A stretch of DNA of 63,917 nucleotides, filler included, from Octopus bimaculoides (lineage: Eukaryota), in NCBI RefSeq assembly GCF_001194135.2. It is 8 parts of 8 records of this genome, joined end to end, with 100 filler letters (N's around TTAATTAATTAA, not from the genome) between each part and the next. Parts side by side here need not be neighbours in the genome. Positions count along the whole stretch, not along the records: positions 29,113 to 55,562 come from NC_068981.1; positions 55,663 to 59,393 come from NW_026350893.1; positions 59,494 to 61,514 come from NC_068987.1; positions 61,615 to 62,792 come from NW_026434398.1; positions 62,893 to 63,917 come from NC_068992.1; 3 more parts are not named here. One strand, 5' to 3'. The first letter of the stretch is position 1. Each line of letters opens with the position of its first letter. Shown here piece after piece: positions 52,690 to 63,917 of the stretch. The position numbers and the translations under genes were made by a program. The notes beneath the pieces are model-generated. The model was not told the origin of the DNA, made no database searches, and saw only the letters and a list, made by a program, of their open reading frames with translations.

Positions 52690-53696
52690 CTGATTGCTTT
52701 CTTCCAAAAGATGGGCTTATGGATTATGATAGAAAGTAATCTTAAGAGCCTAGATTTTTTAGATATCAACTTAGATTTACAGTTAGATAAATTTAAACCC
52801 TACCATAAACCCAATGAAGAGTTGTGTTATATTAGCAAAGAATCTAATCATCCACCTGTAATACTTAGGAACCTAGTTAGTAATGTAGGAAGGCAAATAT
52901 CATCAATTTCTTCAGATGAGACAGCATTTCAAAATGCTGTGCCATATTACAATAATGCATTAAGGAAAAGTGGATTCTCAGAGAAGATCCAGTATAATCA
53001 AGTTAATGCTAACAATAATAGGACACGTAGAACTAGAAGTAGGAAGGTTTTGTGGTTTAACCCAGCTTTTAATATGACCGTAAAAACTAATATAGGTAGG
53101 GAATTCTTAAAATTAGTCTGTAAGCATTTTCAACCAAGCCATAAGTTCTATAGAATATTTAATAGGAGAATGCTGAAGGTTAGCTATTCTTGTTGCTAAA
53201 ACTTGGCCTCTTTTATTAACCAGCACAACACTAAAATTATTGCAGACAACTACACTACCAAATCTAATCCAAGGAATTGCAACTGCAAAGATGAGACTTG
53301 CTGTCTGTTGGAAGGAAAATGTCTTGAAAAAGGTATTGTTTATAGAGCCACAGTGCAAATAGATGGCTCGCAAGAATATAAAACATATACAGGGGCTTCA
53401 GAAAATTCTTTCAAGACTTGATTCTATTCCCACCGAAATTCCTTCTGAACAGGACAGTGACTAGTCTTGCAAAGCATGTCTGGGAATTGAATATAACCTG
53501 GAAAATTCTTGATAAAGCATCAGCATACAGACATGGAGCTTATAAAAGACCTATGAAATGTGATCTTTGCCTCTCTGAAAAGTTCTTTATCCTGTTCCAG
53601 GGTAAAAACACTTTGAACCAGAGACGCGGACTCTTAAGTTCCAGCAAGCACACAACAAAATTTAAAATGTCAACTGACAAAATACCGTATGGGTAA
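52690..53696 (+). mobile_element. Penelope-like element, 5'-truncated (RT thumb plus GIY-YIG)
   Basis: LDFLDINLDL..FKPYHKPN..SNHPP, WFNPAF...NIGREFL, CNC...C.LEGKC...IVYRATV...YTG, CDLCLSEK; one stop and one frameshift. Confidence 0.92.
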
Positions 53697-54571
53697 TATG
53701 TTTTGACTTTCAAGATATTTTTTTGACTGTCACCTTTGAATTTGTCTTTACAGTGTATGGTTATTTTGCATCACAATGATGATGTATATATCTCGACTTA
53801 ATCTTTAAGAAAGCCTTCAACTGTTCTATAAATTTAATTTTAAGCATAAACTTTGCTGAGGTTCATTTTTTTATTATTTCATTTTATTTTATCTTATTTT
53901 GCACACCTATTTAATTATGTTACATCAAATTAATATATAATTTTCATTATTTTATATTTTTGTTTTATTTTTATATTTTAATATTATACACACCAGGCAG
54001 CTTTTTTAAATTGTTTGCATATGTACGTTATGATGTAGATATGTCCCTATACATTTATATTTATGTGTATGTATGCATTATAAGTATGTACATGTATGTA
54101 TTTACCTGTATGTGTGTGTACGTACATATGTGCATGTGTGTAAGTATACATGTATGTATATACATATACATGTGTACATAGATGTGTATGTATATGTGCA
54201 TATATTTTTATTTATGTGAGCATGTATTTGCATACGTATTTTTGTATATTTGTATAAATATCCCTATATGTGTATATTTGTATGTATATCTATACTAATG
54301 TAGATATATACATAATTTTATGTGTGCATTTGTTGCATAAACTATTTGAAGTATCTAATCCCGTTTTCTACTTGCAAATGCTTTTATGTAGTGCTCTATG
54401 TCCCTATCTTTTTCCCCTTCTCTTGCTAGTTTTCTGTTTCTGTTTCTTTTTCTTCTATGTTCTCTTCCTCCTCCTCATACTTAATGTTTACCTCCTCTTT
54501 CTTTCACCTGTAGCAACTAGCTTGTATAAGCATATGCCAGGAGATTTTGAACGCATGCATGTGTGCATACA

Positions 54572-54640
<69 letters not shown>

Positions 54641-55100
54641 TTTTATATCATTAATAAATTTATAAAATTATTAATAATATACACAGGAAATCAATATCCA
54701 AATTTCCGAAAGAAATATGTTTAATGTGACACAGTAATATTTTGAATTATAATCAAATTAAAATTTAAGATGTACAAAATATAAATATATATAAAAAATA
54801 TAAATGTACATAAAAATACATGCGTATATAAATGTATATAAAAATGTATGCGTAATTCAGTATAAATATTATGAAAGTCTAAAAATTAAAAAGCATCTGA
54901 CGATCGTTTCACAGACATTATTGCCTCCACAATGTAATCAATATAGATAAGCATACTGGTAATAATTCCGCTCTTCGGAGATGAATGGAGTTATTATATA
55001 CGTGTTAAAAACGAATGGTATATATAATAAGATGATATTAATTAAAATATTAAATATGCAGTTGTATATATATTAATGCCTCGCCTATATATGTACATAT

Positions 55101-55335
55101 GGAGGCACGTGGCCTAGTGGTTAGGGTGTCAGCACCATGATGGTAAGACTGTGGTTTCGATTCCTGGACCGGGTGACACGTTGTGTTCTTGAGCAAAACA
55201 CTTCATTTCACGTTACTCCAGTCCACTCAGATGGCAAAAATGGGTAATGCTGTGATGGACTGGCGTCCTGTACAGCTGGGATCACATACGCCATTGAAAC
55301 CAGGAAACTGGGCCCATGAGCCTGGCTAGGCTTTA
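55101..55335 (+). mobile_element. tRNA-derived SINE (V-SINE-like body)
   Basis: A-box TGGCCTAGTGGTT and B-box GGTTTCGATTCC followed by a non-tRNA body. Confidence 0.85.
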
Positions 55336-57099
55336 GAATTTTTAAGTTTTAATTTTTAAACAGATATAATTTTTAATGTATTAATTGATTTATATTTTAC
55401 AAATTATCTACCCTATGTATTTAGACTCTGTCCTTTTATAAGCTTTTTTTGATTTAAGGTTTTCTTCAATTTTATAATGAGATGATTTTATACTGAAATT
55501 TGTTCATTATATGCTAAAGACCGTTAGTTGAAAGGACTGATGAAACGAAACCATTTTCAAATNNNNNNNNNNNNNNNNNNNNNNNNNNNNNNNNNNNNNN
55601 NNNNNNTTAATTAATTAANNNNNNNNNNNNNNNNNNNNNNNNNNNNNNNNNNNNNNNNNNNNTATTGGTAACGATTACATGTTTTTCTATGAACATATAT
55701 ATATATATATATCTATAATTTGAAACTATATTTATAATTAAATGGAAATAATTTAATCAACATATTCAATGACAGGATGCTACTGTATATGTATATAGAT
55801 ACATATACATACATACATACATATACATATTCATGAGTTATATATATATGAATACATATGCATATCATTATCATCATCAGCATCATTATCACTATTATTC
55901 TGGTATAATAGTGATGATACAGCCTTCATCCTTCAAACTCAGGGATTATTTTGTGTGTGTGTGTGTGTGTGAAAAATTAATGATAATGCAAAAGACAAAA
56001 GTTCTCTTGGGTGAGCTTGGGGGAGGACAGGATTTCAACATTGGTGGGGATGAGGGCAGAAAGCACAAATGCAGCAATTAAGTGGGAAAGGAGAATTTAA
56101 ACCAGAATCTTTTATATATATATATTTGTCAACGAATATATCTATATATCTGTATTTATATATCCATATACATGTAGTCATCTAAGAATTCATAAATCAA
56201 AAAGAATAGGGACTCGTGTGTTTGTTTGGGGGTTTTTTTGTTTTTTTTTTTTGGTGGGGGGGAGAGGGGCGGTTAATTATCTCCAACGATTTCTTTTCAT
56301 CATTCCCACACTACCCACGAACTGGATGTGACACATCCCCACCTCCAGTAACAGAAAACAGTTTCCATTTCCTGCCCTCTCTGATGAGCACAGTTATTTG
56401 GTGACCGTCAGGTTAAGCAATATCCTGTGCGAAACTGATTGGTAAAATTGGCTGTCATGCATCTGTAATACCATGCACTTCGATTAACATATTTATATAT
56501 ATATATATATATATATCTGTAACTTAATGCAATAAAGTGTNNNNNNNNNNNNNNNNNNNNNNNNNNNNNNNNNNNNNNNNNNNNNNNNNNNNNNNNNNNN
56601 NNNNNNNNNNNNNNNNNNNNNNNNNNNNNNNNNNNNNNNNNNNNNNNNNNNNNNNNNNNNNNNNNNNNNNNNNNNNNNNNNNNNNNNNNNNNNNNNNNNN
56701 NNNNNNNNNNNNNNNNNNNNNNNNNNNNNNNNNNNNNNNNNNNNNNNNNNNNNNNNNNNNNNNNNNNNNNNNNNNNNNNNNNNNNNNNNNNNNNNNNNNN
56801 NNNNNNNNNNNNNNNNNNNNNNNNNNNNNNNNNNNNNNNNNNNNNNNNNNNNNNNNNNNNNNNNNNNNNNNNNNNNNNNNNNNNNNNNNNNNNNNNNNNN
56901 NNNNNNNNNNNNNATCATCGTCGTCATCGTTTAACGTCCGCTTTCCATGCTAGCATGGGTTGGACGATTTGATTGAGGACTGGTGAAAACCCCTGCTCTA
57001 ATGTACAACAAACTGATTTTAAGTATAATAATTTAAATATAACATTAATTTACTTTGTATCTGGTCAGTAAACGTCTATTTTTACATTTATATAAAATA

Positions 57100-57289
57100 G
57101 GTCCTACTAAAGCAGCGCGGACCCGAACGCGCAGTCGCGCGTCCGCGCTAGCTAGTCTTGAGTGGTCGATCCTAACCCTAACCCTATCCCTGTCCCTAAC
57201 CCTAACCCGCGTGTGCAAATGAATACGTGTTTAGGGTTAGGGTTAGGATCTAGCTTGCGCATTCGGGTCCGCGCTGCTTTAGTAGTACC
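57100..57289. mobile_element. MITE with internal TTAGGG repeats, 9-bp TSD (copy 1)
   Basis: TIR GGT(C/A)CTACTAAAGCAG; TATAAAATA at 57091-57099 and 57290-57298. Confidence 0.85.
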
Positions 57290-58559
57290 TATAAAATAAA
57301 ACAATAATGTAACCACTTTTACTTTCTGTATTTGTGGATCACATATTGAAGAGAATGTAATTATGGGATGTATATCTACAAACAACCATCATGGATTACT
57401 GCAAAGGATTTTAGCACGTTTGTATATTGTTTCTTCAAAAATTTTTAGCCCAAGTTCATACCAAATACACATCTATGCCAGTAACTATTTTAAACAACAT
57501 CCTTATGATATATTTTTAAACAGCATTCGATTGACTACACGGAAATTCACTCTTTCCCTTTGACGAATGGATGTATTACCTAATACTCGAAGAGTAATAC
57601 AATCATGAAATGATCGTAAGATACTTCAAACTTTTTAAATAATCATACTTTATATATTTGTCTATTAATACAATATTATTTTGGATATACATCTTCTGTA
57701 ATATGGACTATATGTAATCTGAACCTCCCCCCCCCNNNNNNNNNNNNNNNNNNNNNNNNNNNNNNNNNNNNNNNNNNNNNNNNNNNNNNNNNNNNNNNNN
57801 NNNNNNNNNNNNNNNNNNNNNNNNNNNNNNNNNNNNNNNNNNNNNNNNNNNNNNNNNNNNNNNNNNNNNNNNNNNNNNNNNNNNNNNNNNNNNNNNNNNN
57901 NNNNNNNNNNNNNNNNNNNNNNNNNNNNNNNNNNNNNNNNNNNNNNNNNNNNNNNNNNNNNNNNNNNNNNNNNNNNNNNNNNNNNNNNNNNNNNNNNNNN
58001 NNNNNNNNNNNNNNNNNNNNNNNNNNNNNNNNNNNNNNNNNNNNNNNNNNNNNNNNNNNNNNNNNNNNNNNNNNNNNNNNNNNNNNNNNNNNNNNNNNNN
58101 NNNNNNNNNNNNNNNNNNNNNNNNNNNNNNNNNNNNNNNNNNNNNNNNNNNNNNNNNNNNNNNNNNNNNNNNNNNNNNNNNNNNNNNNNNNNNNNNNNNN
58201 NNNNNNNNNNNNNNNNNNNNNNNNNNNNNNNNNNNNNNNNNNNNNNNNNNNNNNNNNNNNNNNNNNNNNNNNNNNNNNNNNNNNNNNNNNNNNNNNNNNN
58301 NNNNNNNNNNNNNNNNNNNNNNNNNNNNNNNNNNNNNNNNNNNNNNNNNNNNNNNNNNNNNNNNNNNNNNNNNNNNNNNNNNNNNNNNNNNNNNNNNNNN
58401 NNNNNNNNNNNNNNNNNNNNNNNNNNNNNNNNNNNNNNNNNNNNNNNNNNNNNNNNNNNNNNNNNNNNNNNNNNNNNNNNNNNNNNNNNNNNNNNNNNNN
58501 NNNNNNNNNNNNNNNNNNNNNNNNNNNNNNNNNNNNNNNNNNNNNNNNNNNNNNNNNNG

Positions 58560-58715
58560 TCCCCGTCACTTAGCGGTTCGGCAAAAAGAGAGACCGATAG
58601 AATAAGTACTAGGCTTACAAAAGAATAAGTCCTGGGGTCGATTTGCTCGACTAAAAGGCGGTGCTCCAGCATGGCCACAGTCAAATGACTGAAACAAGTA
58701 AAAGAGTAAGAGTGA
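58560..58715 (+). mobile_element. SINE family B, 3' half
   Basis: CTTAGCGGTTCGGC...GGCGGTGCTCCAGCATGGCCACAGTCAAATGACTGAAAC. Confidence 0.85.
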
Positions 58716-58929
58716 TTTAATGACGCAGACGACTGTATTGTGTTTTGATGTCTGCCTTGGCAGCCTTACAGAGTGTACTTGGTGCTTTTAGGTGACACAG
58801 GCACATATTTGTATTTATAGGCTTATCATCATCATCATCATCATTTAACATCCGTTTTCTGTGCTGGCATGGGTTGGATTGTTTGACTTGGAGGTGGCCA
58901 GCTGAAGAGCTGCCTAATCTCCATATCTG

Positions 58930-59148
58930 GGTACTACTAAAGCAGAGTGGTCCTCGAACGCGCACCCGCGCAGTCGAGCGTCCGCGCTAGCTAGTCGTGA
59001 GTGGTCGATCCTACAAAAAGTGAGTGCGCGTGTGCAAATGAATACATGTGTTTTGGGTTAGGGTTAGGATCGACCACTCACGACTAGCTAACGCGGACGC
59101 GTGACTGCGCGGGTGCGCGTTCGGGGACCACTCTGCTTGAGTGGTACC
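58930..59148. mobile_element. MITE with internal TTAGGG repeats, 8-bp TSD (copy 2), inserted in a family C tail
   Basis: Long TIRs of about 80 bp; CATATCTG at 58922-58929 and 59149-59156. Confidence 0.85.
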
Positions 59149-59182
59149 CATATCTGTCTTGGCATGGTTTCTACACGCTGGC

Positions 59183-59393
59183 TTCATTTCTTTCAAGCCT
59201 TCGCATGTCCTCAACAGTCACAGCCCATGTCTCACTACCATGTAGCATAGCTGGCTTTATTTCTTTCAAGCATGCTGTCTTCATTTCTTTCAAGCCTTCG
59301 CAGGTTCTCAACAGTCACAGCCCATGTCTCACTACCATGTAGCATAGCTGGCTTTATTTCTTTCAAGCATGCTGTCTTCATTTCTTTCAAGCC
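59183..59393 (-). repeat. 97-bp tandem repeat derived from an RTE RT segment
   Basis: Units start at 59183, 59280 and 59377; they encode MLHGSETWAVTVE..RRLERN, homologous to ~47990-48065; the array runs into a gap. Confidence 0.85.
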
Positions 59394-59500
59394 NNNNNNN
59401 NNNNNNNNNNNNNNNNNNNNNNNNNNNNNNNNNNNNNTTAATTAATTAANNNNNNNNNNNNNNNNNNNNNNNNNNNNNNNNNNNNNNNNNNNNGTGTGTA

Positions 59501-59533
<33 letters not shown>

Positions 59534-59543
59534 ATATATAAAT

Positions 59544-59579
<36 letters not shown>

Positions 59580-59716
59580 GTGTTCGTCCGTATGTATGTA
59601 TTTATGCATGTACGTACGTGCATGTATGTATCGATTGTATGAACGTACGTACATACATATATCCATACACCTACACATAGCTATACATACAGAAAGCACA
59701 CATGCATAAATACATT

Positions 59717-59754
<38 letters not shown>

Positions 59755-60674
59755 GTCTGTGCGTATATTATACAGATACACACGCATACACACACACACA
59801 CACACACACACANNNNNNNNNNNNNNNNNNNNNNNNNNNNNNNNNNNNNNNNNNNNNNNNNNNNNNNNNNNNNNNNNNNNNNNNNNNNNNNNNNNNNNNN
59901 NNNNNNNNNNNNNNNNNNNNNNNNNNNNNNNNNNNNNNNNNNNNNNNNNNNNNNNNNNNNNNNNNNNNNNNNNNNNNNNNNNNNNNNNNNNNNNNNNNNN
60001 NNNNNNNNNNNNNNNNNNNNNNNNNNNNNNNNNNNNNNNNNNNNNNNNNNNNNNNNNNNNNNNNNNNNNNNNNNNNNNNNNNNNNNNNNNNNNNNNNNNN
60101 NNNNNNNNNNNNNNNNNNNNNNNNNNNNNNNNNNNNNNNNNNNNNNNNNNNNNNNNNNNNNNNNNNNNNNNNNNNNNNNNNNNNNNNNNNNNNNNNNNNN
60201 NNNNNNNNNNNNNNNNNNNNNNNNNNNNNNNNNNNNNNNNNNNNNNNNNNNNNNNNNNNNNNNNNNNNNNNNNNNNNNNNNNNNNNNNNNNNNNNNNNNN
60301 NNNNNNNNNNNNNNNNNNNNNNNNNNNNNNNNNNNNNNNNNNNNNNNNNNNNNNNNNNNNNNNNNNNNNNNNNNNNNNNNNNNNNNNNNNNNNNNNNNNN
60401 NNNNNNNNNNNNNNNNNNNNNNNNNNNNNNNNNNNNNNNNNNNNNNNNNNNNNNNNNNNNNNNNNNNNNNNNNNNNNNNNNNNNNNNNNNNNNNNNNNNN
60501 NNNNNNNNNNNNNNNNNNNNNNNNNNNNNNNNNNNNNNNNNNNNNNNNNNNNNNNNNNNNNNNNNNNNNNNNNNNNNNNNNNNNNNNNNNNNNNNNNNNN
60601 NNNNNNNNNNNNNNNNNNNNNNNNNNNNNNNNNNNNNNNNNNNNNNNNNNNNNNNNNNNNNNNNNNNNNNNNNT

Positions 60675-60895
60675 GACCCTTTGAATTACAGGCACAACAG
60701 AAACAGGAAGTAAGAGTGAGAGAAAGTTGTGGTGAAAGAGTACAGCAGGGTTCACCACCATCCCCTGCTGGAGCCTCGTGGAGCTCTTAGGTGTTTTCGC
60801 TCAATAAACACTCACAACGCCCGGTCTGGGAATCGAAACCGCGATCTTATGACTGCGAGTTCGCTGCCCTAACCGTTGGGCCATTGCGCCTCCAC
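60675..60895 (-). mobile_element. tRNA-derived SINE (another family)
   Basis: Minus strand GGAGGCGCAATGGCCCAACGGTTAGG...GGTTTCGATTCCCAG head plus body. Confidence 0.85.
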
Positions 60896-61850
60896 TGTGC
60901 GTATTCATACATGTGAGACTTACGTATCAAGCTGATGAGAAGGGAAGACAATGTTTTGTTATTGGTATGACCAAATGAGAGTTAGAGCATTTATATAGCC
61001 ATTCGCGAAATACTTGCTTCATGTTTGGGGTGATGACAAATGCACCTGGTTTTGTGCCCGTGGATAACAGAGGTAAAGAAAAGCGTGCTAAGATTCGGAT
61101 CAAAAGGACTCAAATATTCAGTCACCCGCGTTTCTTTTCACCTCCATAGAACGGCATTCCCACCTGGCCTCTAAACCGCGCATAATTTATATATGTACAT
61201 AATTTATATACATGTGCATAATTTATATATGAGTTTTCGATTAAATAATGAGAGACAAATTAGCATTGTGTATATCACAAGAAAGTCCCGCTGCACTACC
61301 CTCTAAAATCGATTAATAGCGCATGCTGGCTGAATAATACACAGGGGTAACGTCGAATAGGAAAGAATATTTGTAAATTGTTGCCTTTTTTCTGGGGAAA
61401 CTCTGAGTCTGTCTCAGAAAAGTTTGTATGTATTTTTCTTGCTCTTACTTCTTGTTCAAAATATTAGCAACACACAGACACAGACAGACAGACAGACACA
61501 CACACACACACACANNNNNNNNNNNNNNNNNNNNNNNNNNNNNNNNNNNNNNNNNNNNTTAATTAATTAANNNNNNNNNNNNNNNNNNNNNNNNNNNNNN
61601 NNNNNNNNNNNNNNATATATATATATACATACATACATACATATATACATATATATATACGGTTATGAGAGGTAATGGTGTCAAGAATAAATGCTATGGA
61701 CAGACTATATTTAAGCTCCAGGTTCGGTGACTATGCAAATGAGGAGTCCAACGTAGGTCATATATTAGCATGCATATATATATAAAAAATTAATACAATG
61801 AGATAAAAATCCAAGGCTGTGAAAGATTTCAGAACATTTATAAAGAGAAG

Positions 61851-61898
61851 GTCTTACAGCTGTTTCCGGGATATTTTATATATCCCTTCATCGGAGAC
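61851..61898 (-). ncRNA. Minimal hammerhead motif (CCGAUGA variant), second copy
   Basis: GTCT-CCGATGA-A-GGGATA/TATCCC-G-GAAAC-AGCT-GTA-AGAC. Confidence 0.72.
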
Positions 61899-62892
61899 GG
61901 TTGGAGAATATGGTTAAGCAATAGTTATTCTAGAGAAGATATGAAATAGAGAGTGAAGTGGAGGAATAAAAACAGACGTGAGATATGCAGGGATATTGTA
62001 TCTGCAGTTCCATTATTTAAGCAGAGAGGTATACATGTAAGTTTCCTATGCCTTGTGTGTAAGTTCCAATAGTATTTAAAAATTGGTCATTCCAAGCATA
62101 GAGTTTGTACACGGTGTTATTGGATCGAGGGTTTTTTGAAGTGACTTAAAAGTTGGGAATGTGTTTGTAAGAACAAATCAAAAACAGGAAGAGAGGAAAA
62201 AAGAAGAAGAAAAGAAAAAAAGAAAAGCGGGGAGAGAGATAATAAAGAGATGAAGAGAGGGAAAGTGTACTGGCTGATGGTCAGTCAGGATAAATTGATA
62301 GAAGGAAAGAGGAGGTGAGGGTGAGAGAGAGAGAAAGATATAAGAAAGTAAAGAGATGAGAGGATAAAGAGTAAGGGAGGGTGAGGTATGTAGTGATAGA
62401 GCCTAAGTGAAGGGTGGAGAGAGAGGGTAGGGGTAGTAAAATGGTGGAATGAAGAATTTGGGAATATAGGTTAGGTTGCTTAGAGGACAGGTCAGTGTTT
62501 AGTAGTAGAAGAATATATATATGTGAGGATGTATACATATGCATATATTAAACATGTATATAGACATTTACATGCATCAACATATACTTACGCATACGAA
62601 ACTCATGTATGTTACATGCATTCCCGTATATAGACACTAATTTGTATATAATTTTTACATATATAAAAATTCTTGCATACATAGAGGCATGCATGTAGGC
62701 TTGCACAAGTATAATTGTATGTGAAAGTACATATATATACACGCACACACGCATATACACGTACACATGCAGAGGCAGGTATGTGTAAATATNNNNNNNN
62801 NNNNNNNNNNNNNNNNNNNNNNNNNNNNNNNNNNNNTTAATTAATTAANNNNNNNNNNNNNNNNNNNNNNNNNNNNNNNNNNNNNNNNNNNN

Positions 62893-62925
<33 letters not shown>

Positions 62926-63639
62926 GCACAGAGAAACAAGCATGCACTCATAAAGGGAAGGCAAATAATTACATATAATATTGATGATTTAGAGACGTTT
63001 AGATAAGTGTAATTGAATCCATATCTACATGCCTACACGACATAAAATGATGATGCAGGATCACGGATGTGTATGCGTGTAATCAGGAGCGACCAGGATA
63101 TGGATTAGAGAGAGAACTAGAGTTGAAGGAAGAGGAGGGAGAGGAGGAAGAGGATGAGCAACAGAAAGGAGAGTGCTTGAATGATAAAGCAAGACATGTA
63201 GAGGTGCATGATAGGGTGTTGGTGGTGGAAAAAGTAACAATAATACCAAGGGTTCAAACGACAAATGATAATGTCTTTTTAGCATCGATGAAATATAAAC
63301 ATGTTCACAGTCCCCGAGGAAATGTTAACGATAGAATCTATCTCCATTTTCAATTCATTTAGTGACCGAGGGTTATGTGTTTCCTCACATATGATATTAG
63401 AGTCTATTGAAGATAATATTCCCAAATGTCTTGCTATTTCGTCATGATAGAGAGGTGAATTTAAGACTATGATATTGAGCTGCTCAAATATGCAACATGG
63501 CTGACTGTGGCTGTGCATGTCGAACTTCACATCGATAGGTTGAACTCAGAACTGCCAAACCTATTGATTACTCGTGGCTATTTTGATAGCAATATTATTC
63601 GGGTGGTAATATTACTTGCGCATATGATTGATCATATAT

Positions 63640-63917
63640 ATACTCTTTTACTCTTTACTCTTTTACTTGTTTCAGTAATTTGACTGTGGCCATGCTGGAG
63701 CACCGCCTTTAGTCGAGAAAATCGACCCCAGGACTTATTCTTTGGAAGCCTAGTACTTATTAAATCGGTCGAACCGCTAAGTTACGGGGCCGAACCGCTA
63801 AGTTACGGGGACGTAAACACACCAGCATCGGTTGTCAAGCGATGTTGGGGGGACAAACACAGATACACAAACATACACACACACACACATATATATATAT
63901 ACATATATACGACGGGC
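63640..63917 (-). mobile_element. SINE family B with a local duplication of CGAACCGCTAAGTTACGGGG
   Basis: Matches 7100-7400; truncated by the window edge. Confidence 0.85.

Noticed and set aside
55101-55175. tRNA gene (also 60820-60895)
   Set aside because: A and B boxes are present but there is no closing acceptor stem, and the sequence continues into a SINE body.
55530-55560. CTGATGA-AAC-GAAAC as a hammerhead
   Set aside because: No room for stem II, no stem I, and the core is not preserved in the other arm of the inverted repeat.
57175-57250. Telomere or chromosome-fusion site
   Set aside because: The short degenerate repeats lie within a TIR-bounded element with a TSD.
63279-63530. ORF with PRSLNELK as a mariner C-terminus or an exon
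   Set aside because: A single short motif with no catalytic residues, TIR or convincing splice sites.

Overview
This is gappy, AT-rich, microsatellite-dense animal genomic DNA, most likely octopus (inferred from the SINE families and repeat landscape, not proven). Seven 100-bp N/TTAATTAATTAA/N scaffolding linkers split it into contigs whose relative order is only assumed. Host genes: (1) one 162-bp + strand exon of an axonemal outer-arm beta-type dynein heavy chain (34082-34243); (2) an antisense zinc-finger gene with two coding exons (23833-22266 spliced in phase to 17243-16055, about 918 aa), possibly nested in a dynein intron. The rest is mostly decayed mobile DNA: R4/Dong-type REL-endonuclease LINEs ending at microsatellites, RTE and CR1-like LINEs, Penelope-like elements (PLEs), Tc1, mariner, piggyBac, several SINE families, and a MITE with internal TTAGGG repeats. 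The most notable signals are four minimal hammerhead-ribozyme motifs with variant cores and palindromic stem III, one of which sits inside a 175-bp foldback insertion with a 13-bp TSD. Also notable are a ~0.9-kb R4/Dong derivative lacking both RT and endonuclease, and a near full-length R4/Dong LINE carrying four nested insertions. All calls were made by eye; no database searches were run.
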